This document shows, one piece after another, positions 21,093-29,505 of a DNA stretch of 64,000 nucleotides. Position 1 is the first letter of the stretch; each line of letters begins with the position of its first letter. The stretch comes from Candidatus Daviesbacteria bacterium (GTDB taxonomy: Bacteria > Patescibacteriota > Microgenomatia > Daviesbacterales > UBA10151). A model generated the notes under the pieces. That model did not search any database and was not told where the DNA came from. It worked only from the letters and a program-made list of their open reading frames with translations. Location: assembly GCA_016176465.1 (NCBI GenBank), contig JACOXD010000008.1, forward strand, positions 7,680 through 71,679, in the 5' to 3' direction. Position numbers and translations under genes: made by a program.

Positions 21093-23012
21093 ATGAAATT
21101 TATGAACTTAAACAAACGAATAGAAATGATGGATTCTAAAGCACGTTATAATAAAAGTAATATTAACATGGGAAGAAAAAGAAGCCGCAAACTTATTTTT
21201 CTAAGGGTTTTCATTATCTTATCTTTTCTTTTTGTGGCTATTTATTTACCCATTCGTGGTGTTTATTCTGGTTCTAGATCAATGGTCGCCTCTGCTAAAG
21301 CTATCCAGGCAGCAGCTAAAAATGAAAATTTAGATGATATCAGGAAAAATTTGGAGGAGATGAAGAAATCAGCAGGTGGGATGAACATGTCTTTGAACTT
21401 TTTATTTTGGTTAAGAATTATTCCCTTTGTGGGAGGTTACTACGCAGATGCTAAACATTTTGCTAAAGCTGCTGAGTATGAGCTAGATGCTGCCAAAGTA
21501 ATAGCTGATTCTCTAGATCCTTATAAAAATGAACTTGGGTTTACGGGACAGCCCACACCTGGACAAGATAGAGTTGCTCAACTTGTTAAAATTTTAGATA
21601 AAGTTTTGCCCCAAATAGATAAAGTTGAACCACAACTTAAAAAAGCTAGGGAAGAAGTAAAAAGTATTGATGTTAATAAATATCCGCAAACTTTAGGTGG
21701 GATTAGGTTAAAATCCAGGATAGATACTGCCAGAAATTTTATAATTGGAGCCCACTATGCAGTTACTGAGGCAAAGCCTGCCTTGGAAATTGCTCCCTCG
21801 GCTTTAGGTGAACCCATCGCTAAAAACTATTTAATAATTTTCCAAAATGATAAGGAACTTAGGGCAACAGGAGGTTTTATGACAGCTTATGCATATCTTA
21901 AGTTAGATAAAGGAAGGGTTTCATCTTCTTCCTCTGATGATATTTATAGATTGGATGAGAAATTACTAAGTGTTTGTTTGAGTAAAATTTGCCCGCTGGA
22001 TCCACCCTTACCTATTGTTAAATATTTGCCTGAAGCTACAGGTAAACAAAGAGAGGCATGGAGTATGAGAGATTCTAACCTTTCACCAGATCTGCCAACC
22101 TCAATGAGAGATTTTGAAAAAATGTACCAGATGCTTGGAGAAGGATTACCTTTTGATGGAATAATAATGATTGATACACATGTTGTTGAGGAATTAATTA
22201 AAATCACAGGCCCTGTTGAAGTTTTTGGTACAACTTATTCTGCAGAGTTAGATAAAAGGTGTAATTGTCCAAATGTAATTTATGAGCTGGAAAATTATGC
22301 CCAAATTGTCCAAAAAGGAGAAAAAGATAGGAAAGCTATCTTAGGAACCTTAATGCAACAAATTCTTGCGCGCTCACTTGGTTCATCCACAGATAAAATG
22401 CCTGAGTTTATTAATTCTGGTGTTAAATTAGCAATTGCTAAAAATGTAATGTTTTACCTTCATGACAGCAAAGCTCAGGATGCTTTCTCTAAGCTAAATT
22501 GGACAGGGGAGATTAAGGGCTTCAAAGGGGATTACTTACACATTAATGATTCTAATTTTGCAGGGGGTAAATCTAATCTTTATGTAACTGAGGAAGTTAG
22601 TTTAGATATTAATCTAGAAAAAGGGAAGGTTAAAAACAAATTAACTATAAACTATAAAAATCCTCAAAAATATAGCACTTGGCTAAATGGGAGAAACAGG
22701 GATTATGTGAGGATTTATGTTCCTCAAGGGGCAAAATTGCTTGATTCCAAGGGTTCTGATGTGCCTGTAACAACTATAGAGAAAGAACTGGGAAAAACTG
22801 TTTTTGAATCCTTTATAGAAATCCGCCCACAAAACTCCAGAGTTTTAAGCTTTGAATATGAGCTACCAAGTACTTTTTCAGATAAAGAATATCCTATTTT
22901 AATTCAAAAACAACCAGGGACTAAAGATTTTAAGTATGAGATTAAAATTAATGGAAAGAGTAAGGAAAAATTTGAGCTAAATGCTGATAAAGAACTAATT
23001 CTCCCAATCTAA
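21093..23012 (+). CDS. DUF4012-like exported protein
   Basis: It has an N-terminal signal anchor. The motif KELRATGGFMTAYAYL resembles the DUF4012 R-x-TGGF signature. The protein is 639 aa. Confidence 0.45.
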   Translation: MKFMNLNKRIEMMDSKARYNKSNINMGRKRSRKLIFLRVFIILSFLFVAIYLPIRGVYSGSRSMVASAKAIQAAAKNENLDDIRKNLEEMKKSAGGMNMSLNFLFWLRIIPFVGGYYADAKHFAKAAEYELDAAKVIADSLDPYKNELGFTGQPTPGQDRVAQLVKILDKVLPQIDKVEPQLKKAREEVKSIDVNKYPQTLGGIRLKSRIDTARNFIIGAHYAVTEAKPALEIAPSALGEPIAKNYLIIFQNDKELRATGGFMTAYAYLKLDKGRVSSSSSDDIYRLDEKLLSVCLSKICPLDPPLPIVKYLPEATGKQREAWSMRDSNLSPDLPTSMRDFEKMYQMLGEGLPFDGIIMIDTHVVEELIKITGPVEVFGTTYSAELDKRCNCPNVIYELENYAQIVQKGEKDRKAILGTLMQQILARSLGSSTDKMPEFINSGVKLAIAKNVMFYLHDSKAQDAFSKLNWTGEIKGFKGDYLHINDSNFAGGKSNLYVTEEVSLDINLEKGKVKNKLTINYKNPQKYSTWLNGRNRDYVRIYVPQGAKLLDSKGSDVPVTTIEKELGKTVFESFIEIRPQNSRVLSFEYELPSTFSDKEYPILIQKQPGTKDFKYEIKINGKSKEKFELNADKELILPI

Positions 23013-23013
23013 T

Positions 23014-23490
23014 TTATCTGGTAGCTGGCTTTGGCCAGTGAGCAACATATTCCCTTACTGGCCGGGAAAGAAATTCAGCTATAGGGCGATGATCATATTG
23101 TGTGAATCCTCCGTCGCTAAAATCATAAACCCTAAGATTCCACATTGGGTGCCTGGAATAATGGGGAGTTTCTATATAAGCTGTCAATAGTTGCATGCCA
23201 ATTTTGGCTTGTTCTACTACAGTTGGGGGATCCAAAGAAAGGTCTGGATTTCTAACATCTATTAATAATCCTCCTCCTTCTCTAAGTGTTACTTCCATGT
23301 AAATATATCCTCTTTCTTCTGGTTGCCCTGATATGGACAGAAGTAGATGCTTTGGTTTTTCAACAACTGATATCCTGCGGAGTTGTCCGTTTTGGTCTGG
23401 AGCGGTTACCATTATATCTCCTATGACAGATCTAGCTGTTGAAATAGTAGGATTTCCAGTTAACATTTGTTCTACGAGTTCATATGCCAT
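23014..23490 (-). CDS. Hypothetical protein (orphan, visibly higher GC than surroundings)
   Basis: The 158-aa ORF has no recognisable motif. It is convergent with the DUF4012 gene and sits immediately left of the duplicated recO 5' fragment. Confidence 0.35.
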   Translation of the reverse strand: MAYELVEQMLTGNPTISTARSVIGDIMVTAPDQNGQLRRISVVEKPKHLLLSISGQPEERGYIYMEVTLREGGGLLIDVRNPDLSLDPPTVVEQAKIGMQLLTAYIETPHYSRHPMWNLRVYDFSDGGFTQYDHRPIAEFLSRPVREYVAHWPKPATR

Positions 23491-23583
23491 ATTCTCAATA
23501 TTTTATCGTATGATCGATTATAATTCAAGTTATAGGTCATTTCCTCTATTGAAGCAAAGATATGCATAAGCTAAACTTACCTC

Positions 23584-23650
23584 ATGCCTGCGATAACTAC
23601 AGAAGGACTTATTTTAAAAAGATCTAATTTTGGGGAAGCGGATAGGGAAA
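23584..23650 (+). pseudogene. Duplicated 5' fragment of recO (first ~21 codons plus ~12 nt upstream)
   Basis: MPAITTEGLILKRSNFGEADR matches MPAVTTEGLILKRSNFGEADR of the full recO at 24757 (20/21 aa). Nucleotide identity is ~83%, with the mismatches mostly at synonymous positions. After codon 21 the reading frame runs into repeat elements. Confidence 0.6.
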
Positions 23651-23654
23651 ACTT

Positions 23655-23685
23655 TAGCTTTCCAATCCGGGATTATAGGTTCATA
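23655..23685 (+). repeat. Family C palindromic repeat, partial copy (tagctttccaatccgggattataggttcata)
   Basis: It matches 35119-35180 (tagctttcca...ttccaatccgggattgtaggttcata). Confidence 0.6.
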
Positions 23686-23742
23686 ATGCATTATAGATTC
23701 ATTATGCAAAAATTTAAACTTTGCTCCAAATTGCAGTTAAAA

Positions 23743-23776
23743 ATCCGCAGGTTACCGCTCAATCAACCCCGGGGGT
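23743..23776 (+). repeat. Family A 34-nt repeat ATCCGCAGGTTACCGCTCAATCAACCCCGGGGGT
   Basis: It is identical over 34 nt to 40514-40547, and a degenerate copy lies at 46223-46244. It is GC-rich with a CCCCGGGGG palindromic core. Confidence 0.8.
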
Positions 23777-23849
23777 GGAAACCTGGAAATCACAAAAATT
23801 TAGTCCCATAGTTTGATCTAATTATCATCTTGGTGTATTATCTACTCCT

Positions 23850-24605
23850 ATGTTTGATAGAGAGATGGCTAGAAGTATTATGCAAGAACTTAAAAAGGCC
23901 TCTATAGCAACTCGTAGAATTGTTGAGGATGGATTTGCAGGAGAAGGCGGGTACTGGGGAGCACGGAGGAGTAGCTTAATTAGCATTCAAGTTTTTTTTA
24001 TGGGTGTATTATCTTTACCCATAAAAACTCATTTAGAAATGTTTAAAGCCCCCGGTGAACAAATATATGGTTTGGATTTAATGGGTGAAGCGGAACATTT
24101 GAGAGATTTAAATGTTAGAGGTTTGGGAGTAACTGTGATTGATGATAGAAGTAGGGCAACAAAACTGGAGGACAATGAAAGAGGTATTACAATAATAGGA
24201 ACAAAATTTGATCCAGAAGCTAAGAAAATTATTGAGCTTTCCGATATTTTCTCCGGAAGAACAAGAAGGAGGATTCGAAGGTATATCAAGGATAATGAGA
24301 TTCCTGGTTTTGATTTAATTACTTGTCGTCCTCTTGGAGCTATAAGTTTGGTTCCAAAAGATGTGAATACAGCTTTTTACTTAGTGCAATTTATGTGGGG
24401 TTTACTAAATCCAGAGTATGGATTACTGTTAACTGAGGTGCCCAAAATTGATCCTGGCTTGGTTAATTCTTGGTCTGAGAGGTTAAATACTGATAGAATT
24501 TGTGCAAAATACAAAGAATTTCAGTTATTGAATCCAGGCATATTACAATTGGTAAAAACTCCATCTTCACCCAAGCATTTATCCTCTATTGAAGTTACTA
24601 GTTAA
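23850..24605 (+). CDS. Hypothetical protein (orphan)
   Basis: The 251-aa ORF lies between the recO fragment and intact recO. It has no recognisable motif. Confidence 0.35.
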   Translation: MFDREMARSIMQELKKASIATRRIVEDGFAGEGGYWGARRSSLISIQVFFMGVLSLPIKTHLEMFKAPGEQIYGLDLMGEAEHLRDLNVRGLGVTVIDDRSRATKLEDNERGITIIGTKFDPEAKKIIELSDIFSGRTRRRIRRYIKDNEIPGFDLITCRPLGAISLVPKDVNTAFYLVQFMWGLLNPEYGLLLTEVPKIDPGLVNSWSERLNTDRICAKYKEFQLLNPGILQLVKTPSSPKHLSSIEVTS

Positions 24606-24675
24606 TCTTGTTCACTTCAGTTAGGCAAATTGGTAAAATTTATCCTGACACCTTAAAAGTGTCATCTTAGACTTT

Positions 24676-24710
24676 TGATACAAAAATAGCTATAGCATAG
24701 TTTTGTATCA
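24676..24710. promoter_or_regulatory. Inverted repeat TGATACAAAA-N15-TTTTGTATCA upstream of recO
   Basis: It has a perfect 10-bp stem. Its half-site GATACAA is shared with the 18-bp palindrome at 29451. A second palindrome, TGACACCTTAAAAGTGTCA, lies at ~24646-24664. Confidence 0.4.
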
Positions 24711-24756
24711 GCTCCAAACTTGAATTAGACTCTAACCATGTTTAAACTTCCAATAT

Positions 24757-25395
24757 ATGCCGGCGGTTACCACAGAGGGGTTAATTTTAAAAAGGTCTAA
24801 TTTTGGAGAGGCGGATAGGGTTTTAACTGTACTTACAGATAGGTATGGCAAAATTTCTGTTATTGCTAAGGGAGTTAGAAGGATTACCTCCCGAAGAGCT
24901 GGGAATGTGGAGTTACTAAATAGAGTTAAGCTACATTTATTTAAAGCTAAAAATTATAACCTAACTGAGGCAGAATCTATAGAAACTTTTCCTAAATTAA
25001 AAGAGAACTTAACTCTATCTACAACAGCTTTCCATATTTTAGAGTTAATAGATAGATTAACAGCAGAAGAGCAAAAAAGTCCAAAGTTATATGAACTTAG
25101 TATCTCAATTTTTAGAATTTTAGAACAAAACCCCAGGCAAATTTTTATTAGAGGTTTTGAGGTTAAAATTTTATCTTTACTTGGGTTTTGGTCTATTAAT
25201 GCTATTAAAGAATTAAATGAGGAGCAGAAAAATATTTTGGAAAAGTTAGAATATCAGAGTTGGGAAAAAATAGGGGAGATAGATATTGGCCCCGAGCAAA
25301 GTGATAATTTAGAAAAAATATTAAGGTTTTACCTAGAAAAAATCCTAGAAAGTTCTCTTAAAAGTGTAAAGGTTTTAAAGGATTTAAAGAAGTAA
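24757..25395 (+). CDS. recO: DNA repair protein RecO (short form, no Zn finger)
   Basis: The N-terminal OB-fold segment TEGLILKRSNFGEADRVLTVLTDRYGKISVIAKG is typical of RecO. Confidence 0.65.
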   Translation: MPAVTTEGLILKRSNFGEADRVLTVLTDRYGKISVIAKGVRRITSRRAGNVELLNRVKLHLFKAKNYNLTEAESIETFPKLKENLTLSTTAFHILELIDRLTAEEQKSPKLYELSISIFRILEQNPRQIFIRGFEVKILSLLGFWSINAIKELNEEQKNILEKLEYQSWEKIGEIDIGPEQSDNLEKILRFYLEKILESSLKSVKVLKDLKK

Positions 25396-25419
25396 CTTTA
25401 TTTTTGATATTATATCTTT

Positions 25420-25677
25420 GTGAAGATAATCTTTACAAAACATGCTGAGTCAAAATTCCAAATTTTTTCATCTGGAAAAGTTGTTATAAATAAAGAGAAT
25501 GTTCTAGAGACTGTAAAAAGTCCTGATTTTAAGGATATTGAATCAGATAAACCAAAGATTATAGTTAGTAAGGAGTTAATTGATAAGCTCATTTTGAGAG
25601 TAGTCTATAAAAAAGAGCGTGGTATAATTACCATAGTTACGTTTTATCCCGCAAGGAAAGGAAGATATGAAAAGTAG
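25420..25677 (+). CDS. DUF4258-like small protein (putative toxin)
   Basis: It is 85 aa with a GTG start. Its pattern (MKIIFTKHAESKF...GIITIVTFYP) and size fit DUF4258. It overlaps the next ORF by 11 nt. Confidence 0.45.
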   Translation: MKIIFTKHAESKFQIFSSGKVVINKENVLETVKSPDFKDIESDKPKIIVSKELIDKLILRVVYKKERGIITIVTFYPARKGRYEK

Positions 25678-25921
25678 TCAAAAAATTAGTTACGAACCAA
25701 AAGATGATGTGTTAAATATTTGGCTGTCAAGGGAGCCTATTGATTACGCTGAGCAAAATGGTGATGTAATTGTCCACTTTAGTAAAGATAATGAAGCAGT
25801 TTATATAGAGATTCTTGATGCCAGTAAGATGTTAAAAGATTTAAGTAAAACTATTCCCAGTAATCTTAAAAAAAGTTGGTTTAGTATACCTACTTCTTCT
25901 ATAGCGCATAGAATTAAATAA
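25667..25921 (+). CDS. DUF2283-like small protein (putative antitoxin partner of DUF4258)
   Basis: MKSSQKISYEPKDDVLNIWLSREPIDYAEQNGDVIVHFSKDNEAVYIEILDASK matches the DUF2283 pattern (K..YD.E.D.LYI.L). Confidence 0.5.
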   Translation: MKSSQKISYEPKDDVLNIWLSREPIDYAEQNGDVIVHFSKDNEAVYIEILDASKMLKDLSKTIPSNLKKSWFSIPTSSIAHRIK

Positions 25922-25925
25922 ATTC

Positions 25926-26156
25926 GTGAAAAACAAAATTCAATATAGCGATGAACCAATTGAGGCAAGAGTAATAACTGATTTTTTACCAAGCCCTGAA
26001 AATTTAGTGCTCAAAGAAAAAAAGAAGAGAGTCACAATAACTTTAACTGATAAAAGTTTAGACTTCTTTAAAAAAGCTGCTAAAAAACATGGTGCTTCTT
26101 ATCAGGCAATGATAAGAAGGTTAATTGATTTCTATGTAGCTAACCAAAGAGTCTGA
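25926..26156 (+). CDS. BrnA/CopG-like ribbon-helix-helix antitoxin
   Basis: KRVTITLTDKSLDFFKKAAKKHGASYQAMIRRLIDFYV is BrnA-like (RHH followed by a helix). Confidence 0.5.
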   Translation: MKNKIQYSDEPIEARVITDFLPSPENLVLKEKKKRVTITLTDKSLDFFKKAAKKHGASYQAMIRRLIDFYVANQRV

Positions 26157-26321
26157 ATCATATTAGAAAAAATGACTTTGTGGTGGGAAAGGAATTGGCA
26201 TCGAGTTGTAAAAATTCTTATTATACTTTTTTTATTTTATCTTTGGTTGAATTAGTCCAAATAATCCCAGATAGCAAGCAGATTAATTGTGTTACAAGTG
26301 TCTTAGTAATAAAATGCAGAT

Positions 26322-29300
26322 ATGTTCAAGAGATATTTAAACGCAGTTTTTGAGAAATATAACACCGGTGAGGCTAGTGAACGGAGTTATTATTCATTAC
26401 TTGAGGAGTTGCTTAAGAGTTTCCAAAAAGATACACAAACAATTGTTGAAGCAAAGAAGTCGAGAGTTGGAATTCCTGACTTTAAAGTGAAGACTGAAAA
26501 AAACCTTTTAGTTGGTTATATTGAAGCTAAAGATTTAAGCAACGATTTAGATAAACTTGACAATGTAGATAAAGAACAAATAGAGAAATATAAGAAAGAA
26601 TACCCAAAACTTATAGTGACTAATTTTATTGAGTTTAAGCTATATGAAAATGGTGAATTAGTTGATTCTGTCTTTATTACTCAACCAATAACTCGTCAAA
26701 TTGGAATTCCAGCATTAGATAACGAAGCTAGGATTAATGGTTTATTTGAAAGATTTTTTTCAACCACAATACAAGAGGTTCATTCTGCAAAAAGATTGTC
26801 TGAGCTCTTAGCGCATAAAACACGAGTGTTGAGGGATTTAACCAGAGAAGAGATTGATCTAACTGATCAAGAAGAAACAGAAACAGAAAAGTTACTAAAG
26901 ACTTTCAAACAGACTCTTAAGCCCGATATGAGTCCAGATGTTTTTGCAGACATGTACGCCCAGACAATTACATTCGGACTGTTTGTAGCCAGAATCAATT
27001 CAGATCACCAAGAGTTTACTCGTCATAGTGCTCATTCATTGATACCTCATACAATTCCCCTTTTGAAAAAAATATTCTGGATTTTATCAGGCCAAGACGT
27101 ACCACAGCACATTGAATGGCAAATTGATGAAATCGCTGAGATTTTAGCAAATACCAAAATCGAAAAAATAACTGAGGAATTTTTCAGTCATGGAAAAGGT
27201 AGGGATCCCATCATACATTTTTACGAAACTTTTCTGTCAGAATATGATTCAAGTCAAAGGGAGCAGTTAGGGGTTTATTACACTCCACAACCAGTAGTTT
27301 CTTACATAACGAGATCACTAAATAAAATTTTAAAAAATAATTTTGGAAAAAGTGAAGGTTTTGCTGACACATCAGTAATATCTCTTGATCCGGCTGCTGG
27401 TACGCTTACTTTCCCTGCAGAAGCTATAGCAATTGCAAAGCAAGAATTTGAAGCCTCTCATGGGAGGGGAGGATGGAATAGCTTGGTGAAAGAACATATT
27501 CTCAAAAACTTTTATGCTTTTGAAATTTTAATGGCCCCGTATGCAATTGGACATCTAAAAATTTCTTTACTTCTTAAGGAGCTAGGTTACGAAATGAGTG
27601 AAGATGAGCGGTTTGAGTTATACCTTACGAATACTCTTGATATGTCCAAATTGAAACTCCAACAGGAAATGTTGGCTGAAGAGATATCAGAGGAATCTGA
27701 GAAGGCATTTGAGATAAAAGATAAAGTACCAGTCCTCATTGTTATGGGTAATCCCCCTTATTCTGGACACTCATCAAATAAAGGTGTGTGGATAGAAAAT
27801 CAAATAGAGGAATATAAAAAAGTTGACGGCAAACCATTAGGAGAAAGAAATCCCAAGTGGTTGAATGATGATTATGTAAAGTTTATACGTTTTGCCCAGT
27901 GGAAAATAGAAAAGACTGGCCAGGGTATTTTGGGATTTATCACCAACCATGCTTGGCTTGATAATCCAACTTTTAGAGGAATGAGAAACTCGTTGATGAA
28001 GTCCTTTGATGAGATATACATTCTAAATCTTCACGGTAGCGCACTGAAAAAAGAAAAAGTTCCAGAAGAGGTACAAGATAAAGAAAAAATTGGTGAGAGA
28101 GATGAGGGGGTTTTTGGTATTCGTCCAGGAACCGCTATTACATTAGCAGTAAAGAGAAATCAATCGAAGGGTAAGTCCAAAGTTTATTATTCTGGACAAT
28201 GGGGACTGAGAAGTAAGAAATTTGAATGGCTTGACAGTCACGACGTTGAACTTACAGATTGGAAACTTATTACTCCAAAGAGTTCAACTTATCTATTTAT
28301 AGAAAGAAATGAAAAGGAGTTTATTACTTATGAGAAGTTTACTTCAATTAGGGATGTTTTTCCTTTGAGTGGAATAGGAATTATAACAGCTCGTGACCAG
28401 TTTGTAATTGATCTTGATAAAAATGCGTTAGTAAATAGGATTAGATTATTTAAATATTCTAAGGAAAATGACGAACAATTGCACCTCCTATTTCAAATTA
28501 GCAAAAAGAAGGGTTGGTCTATCAGGAGAGCTTGGGAAATGTTGCAAAAAGTAAACGATGAGGAAATTAATGATTTAGTCGTTAAAATTCAATATAGACT
28601 CAACGATGAAAGATGGATTTTCTACCACGATTCTTTAGTTTGGAGGACAGTTAAGAGAATTATGTTTCAATTATTGAGACCAAACTTGGCATTGGTTACT
28701 TGTAGACAACTAACTGGTAGTAATTTCCAGCATTCCTTTGCGGTTGATAAATTAGTTGATGATAGTTTTATTTCAAATAAATCTAAGGAAAGAGGTTACG
28801 TCTTCCCATTGTATATTTATAGTGACAAAGGTCAACAAAGCCTTTTACTCGAAGATAGCGATAGAAGGCAGAATATAAACTGGAACTCATTGCCAGAATG
28901 GATGGCAATGATACAGCCTTTTACTTCTCACGCAACAAACAACTTTATTCAAGTTCCAGAAGCCATCTTTTATTATATTTATGCTGTTTTATATTCGAAT
29001 GTTTATCGCAAAAAATATCAGGAATTTCTGAAGTCTGATTTTCCAAGGATTCCTTTTACAAAGGACAATGAACTTTTCCGATCTTTAGCAATTCTGGGAG
29101 AGCAGTTAGTTGAACTTCACTTACTGAAATCAAAGTTACTAGTTAAACCAGTATCCCACTACGAAGGCAAGGGGGATAATAGGATAGGAAAAAGAAACTA
29201 TAATGGGTCATCCCGTGTTTATATAAACGATTCACAATTTTTTGACAAGGTTAGTCCAGAGGTTTGGAACTATTACATTGGTGGATACCAAGTATTGGAT

Positions 29301-29441
29301 AAGTGGTTAAAAGATAGAGTCGGACGAATTTTATCACTTGAAGATCAATTACATTATAGGAAAATGATTACTGCTTTATCTGAGACAATAAATATTCAGA
29401 AGAGAATTGATAAATTTTATCCTGAAGTGGAAAAACTTTAA
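26322..29441 (+). CDS. MmeI-like single-polypeptide type IIL restriction-modification enzyme (PD-ExK nuclease + gamma-class N6-adenine methyltransferase + TRD)
   Basis: The N-terminus has GIPDF...VGYIEAKD, a PD-(D/E)xK-like motif. The centre has DPAAGTLTF (motif I-like) and LIVMGNPPYSGHSS (motif IV NPPY). There is no Walker A or helicase motif. The 1039-aa length and domain order fit the MmeI family. Confidence 0.7.
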   Translation: MFKRYLNAVFEKYNTGEASERSYYSLLEELLKSFQKDTQTIVEAKKSRVGIPDFKVKTEKNLLVGYIEAKDLSNDLDKLDNVDKEQIEKYKKEYPKLIVTNFIEFKLYENGELVDSVFITQPITRQIGIPALDNEARINGLFERFFSTTIQEVHSAKRLSELLAHKTRVLRDLTREEIDLTDQEETETEKLLKTFKQTLKPDMSPDVFADMYAQTITFGLFVARINSDHQEFTRHSAHSLIPHTIPLLKKIFWILSGQDVPQHIEWQIDEIAEILANTKIEKITEEFFSHGKGRDPIIHFYETFLSEYDSSQREQLGVYYTPQPVVSYITRSLNKILKNNFGKSEGFADTSVISLDPAAGTLTFPAEAIAIAKQEFEASHGRGGWNSLVKEHILKNFYAFEILMAPYAIGHLKISLLLKELGYEMSEDERFELYLTNTLDMSKLKLQQEMLAEEISEESEKAFEIKDKVPVLIVMGNPPYSGHSSNKGVWIENQIEEYKKVDGKPLGERNPKWLNDDYVKFIRFAQWKIEKTGQGILGFITNHAWLDNPTFRGMRNSLMKSFDEIYILNLHGSALKKEKVPEEVQDKEKIGERDEGVFGIRPGTAITLAVKRNQSKGKSKVYYSGQWGLRSKKFEWLDSHDVELTDWKLITPKSSTYLFIERNEKEFITYEKFTSIRDVFPLSGIGIITARDQFVIDLDKNALVNRIRLFKYSKENDEQLHLLFQISKKKGWSIRRAWEMLQKVNDEEINDLVVKIQYRLNDERWIFYHDSLVWRTVKRIMFQLLRPNLALVTCRQLTGSNFQHSFAVDKLVDDSFISNKSKERGYVFPLYIYSDKGQQSLLLEDSDRRQNINWNSLPEWMAMIQPFTSHATNNFIQVPEAIFYYIYAVLYSNVYRKKYQEFLKSDFPRIPFTKDNELFRSLAILGEQLVELHLLKSKLLVKPVSHYEGKGDNRIGKRNYNGSSRVYINDSQFFDKVSPEVWNYYIGGYQVLDKWLKDRVGRILSLEDQLHYRKMITALSETINIQKRIDKFYPEVEKL

Positions 29442-29450
29442 TTGATTAAG

Positions 29451-29468
29451 GATACAATATATTGTATC
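29451..29468. promoter_or_regulatory. Perfect 18-bp palindrome GATACAATATATTGTATC abutting a TTGACT -35-like hexamer (29469-29474) upstream of the HNH gene
   Basis: This is a perfect inverted repeat seen directly in the sequence. It may be an operator site. Confidence 0.45.
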
Positions 29469-29505
29469 TTGACTTATTAACGGTGGTATATGTTATGGTG
29501 GAAGT

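Noticed and set aside
23584-23811. 75-aa track ORF as an independent gene.
   Set aside because: Its first 21 codons are a recO 5' duplicate. The rest is read-through across family C and A repeats.
26161-26250. Possible 27-aa hydrophobic micro-ORF (MTLWWERNWHRVVKILIILFLFYLWLN) upstream of the R-M gene.
   Set aside because: It is too short and has no RBS or conservation evidence. I cannot support it from sequence alone.
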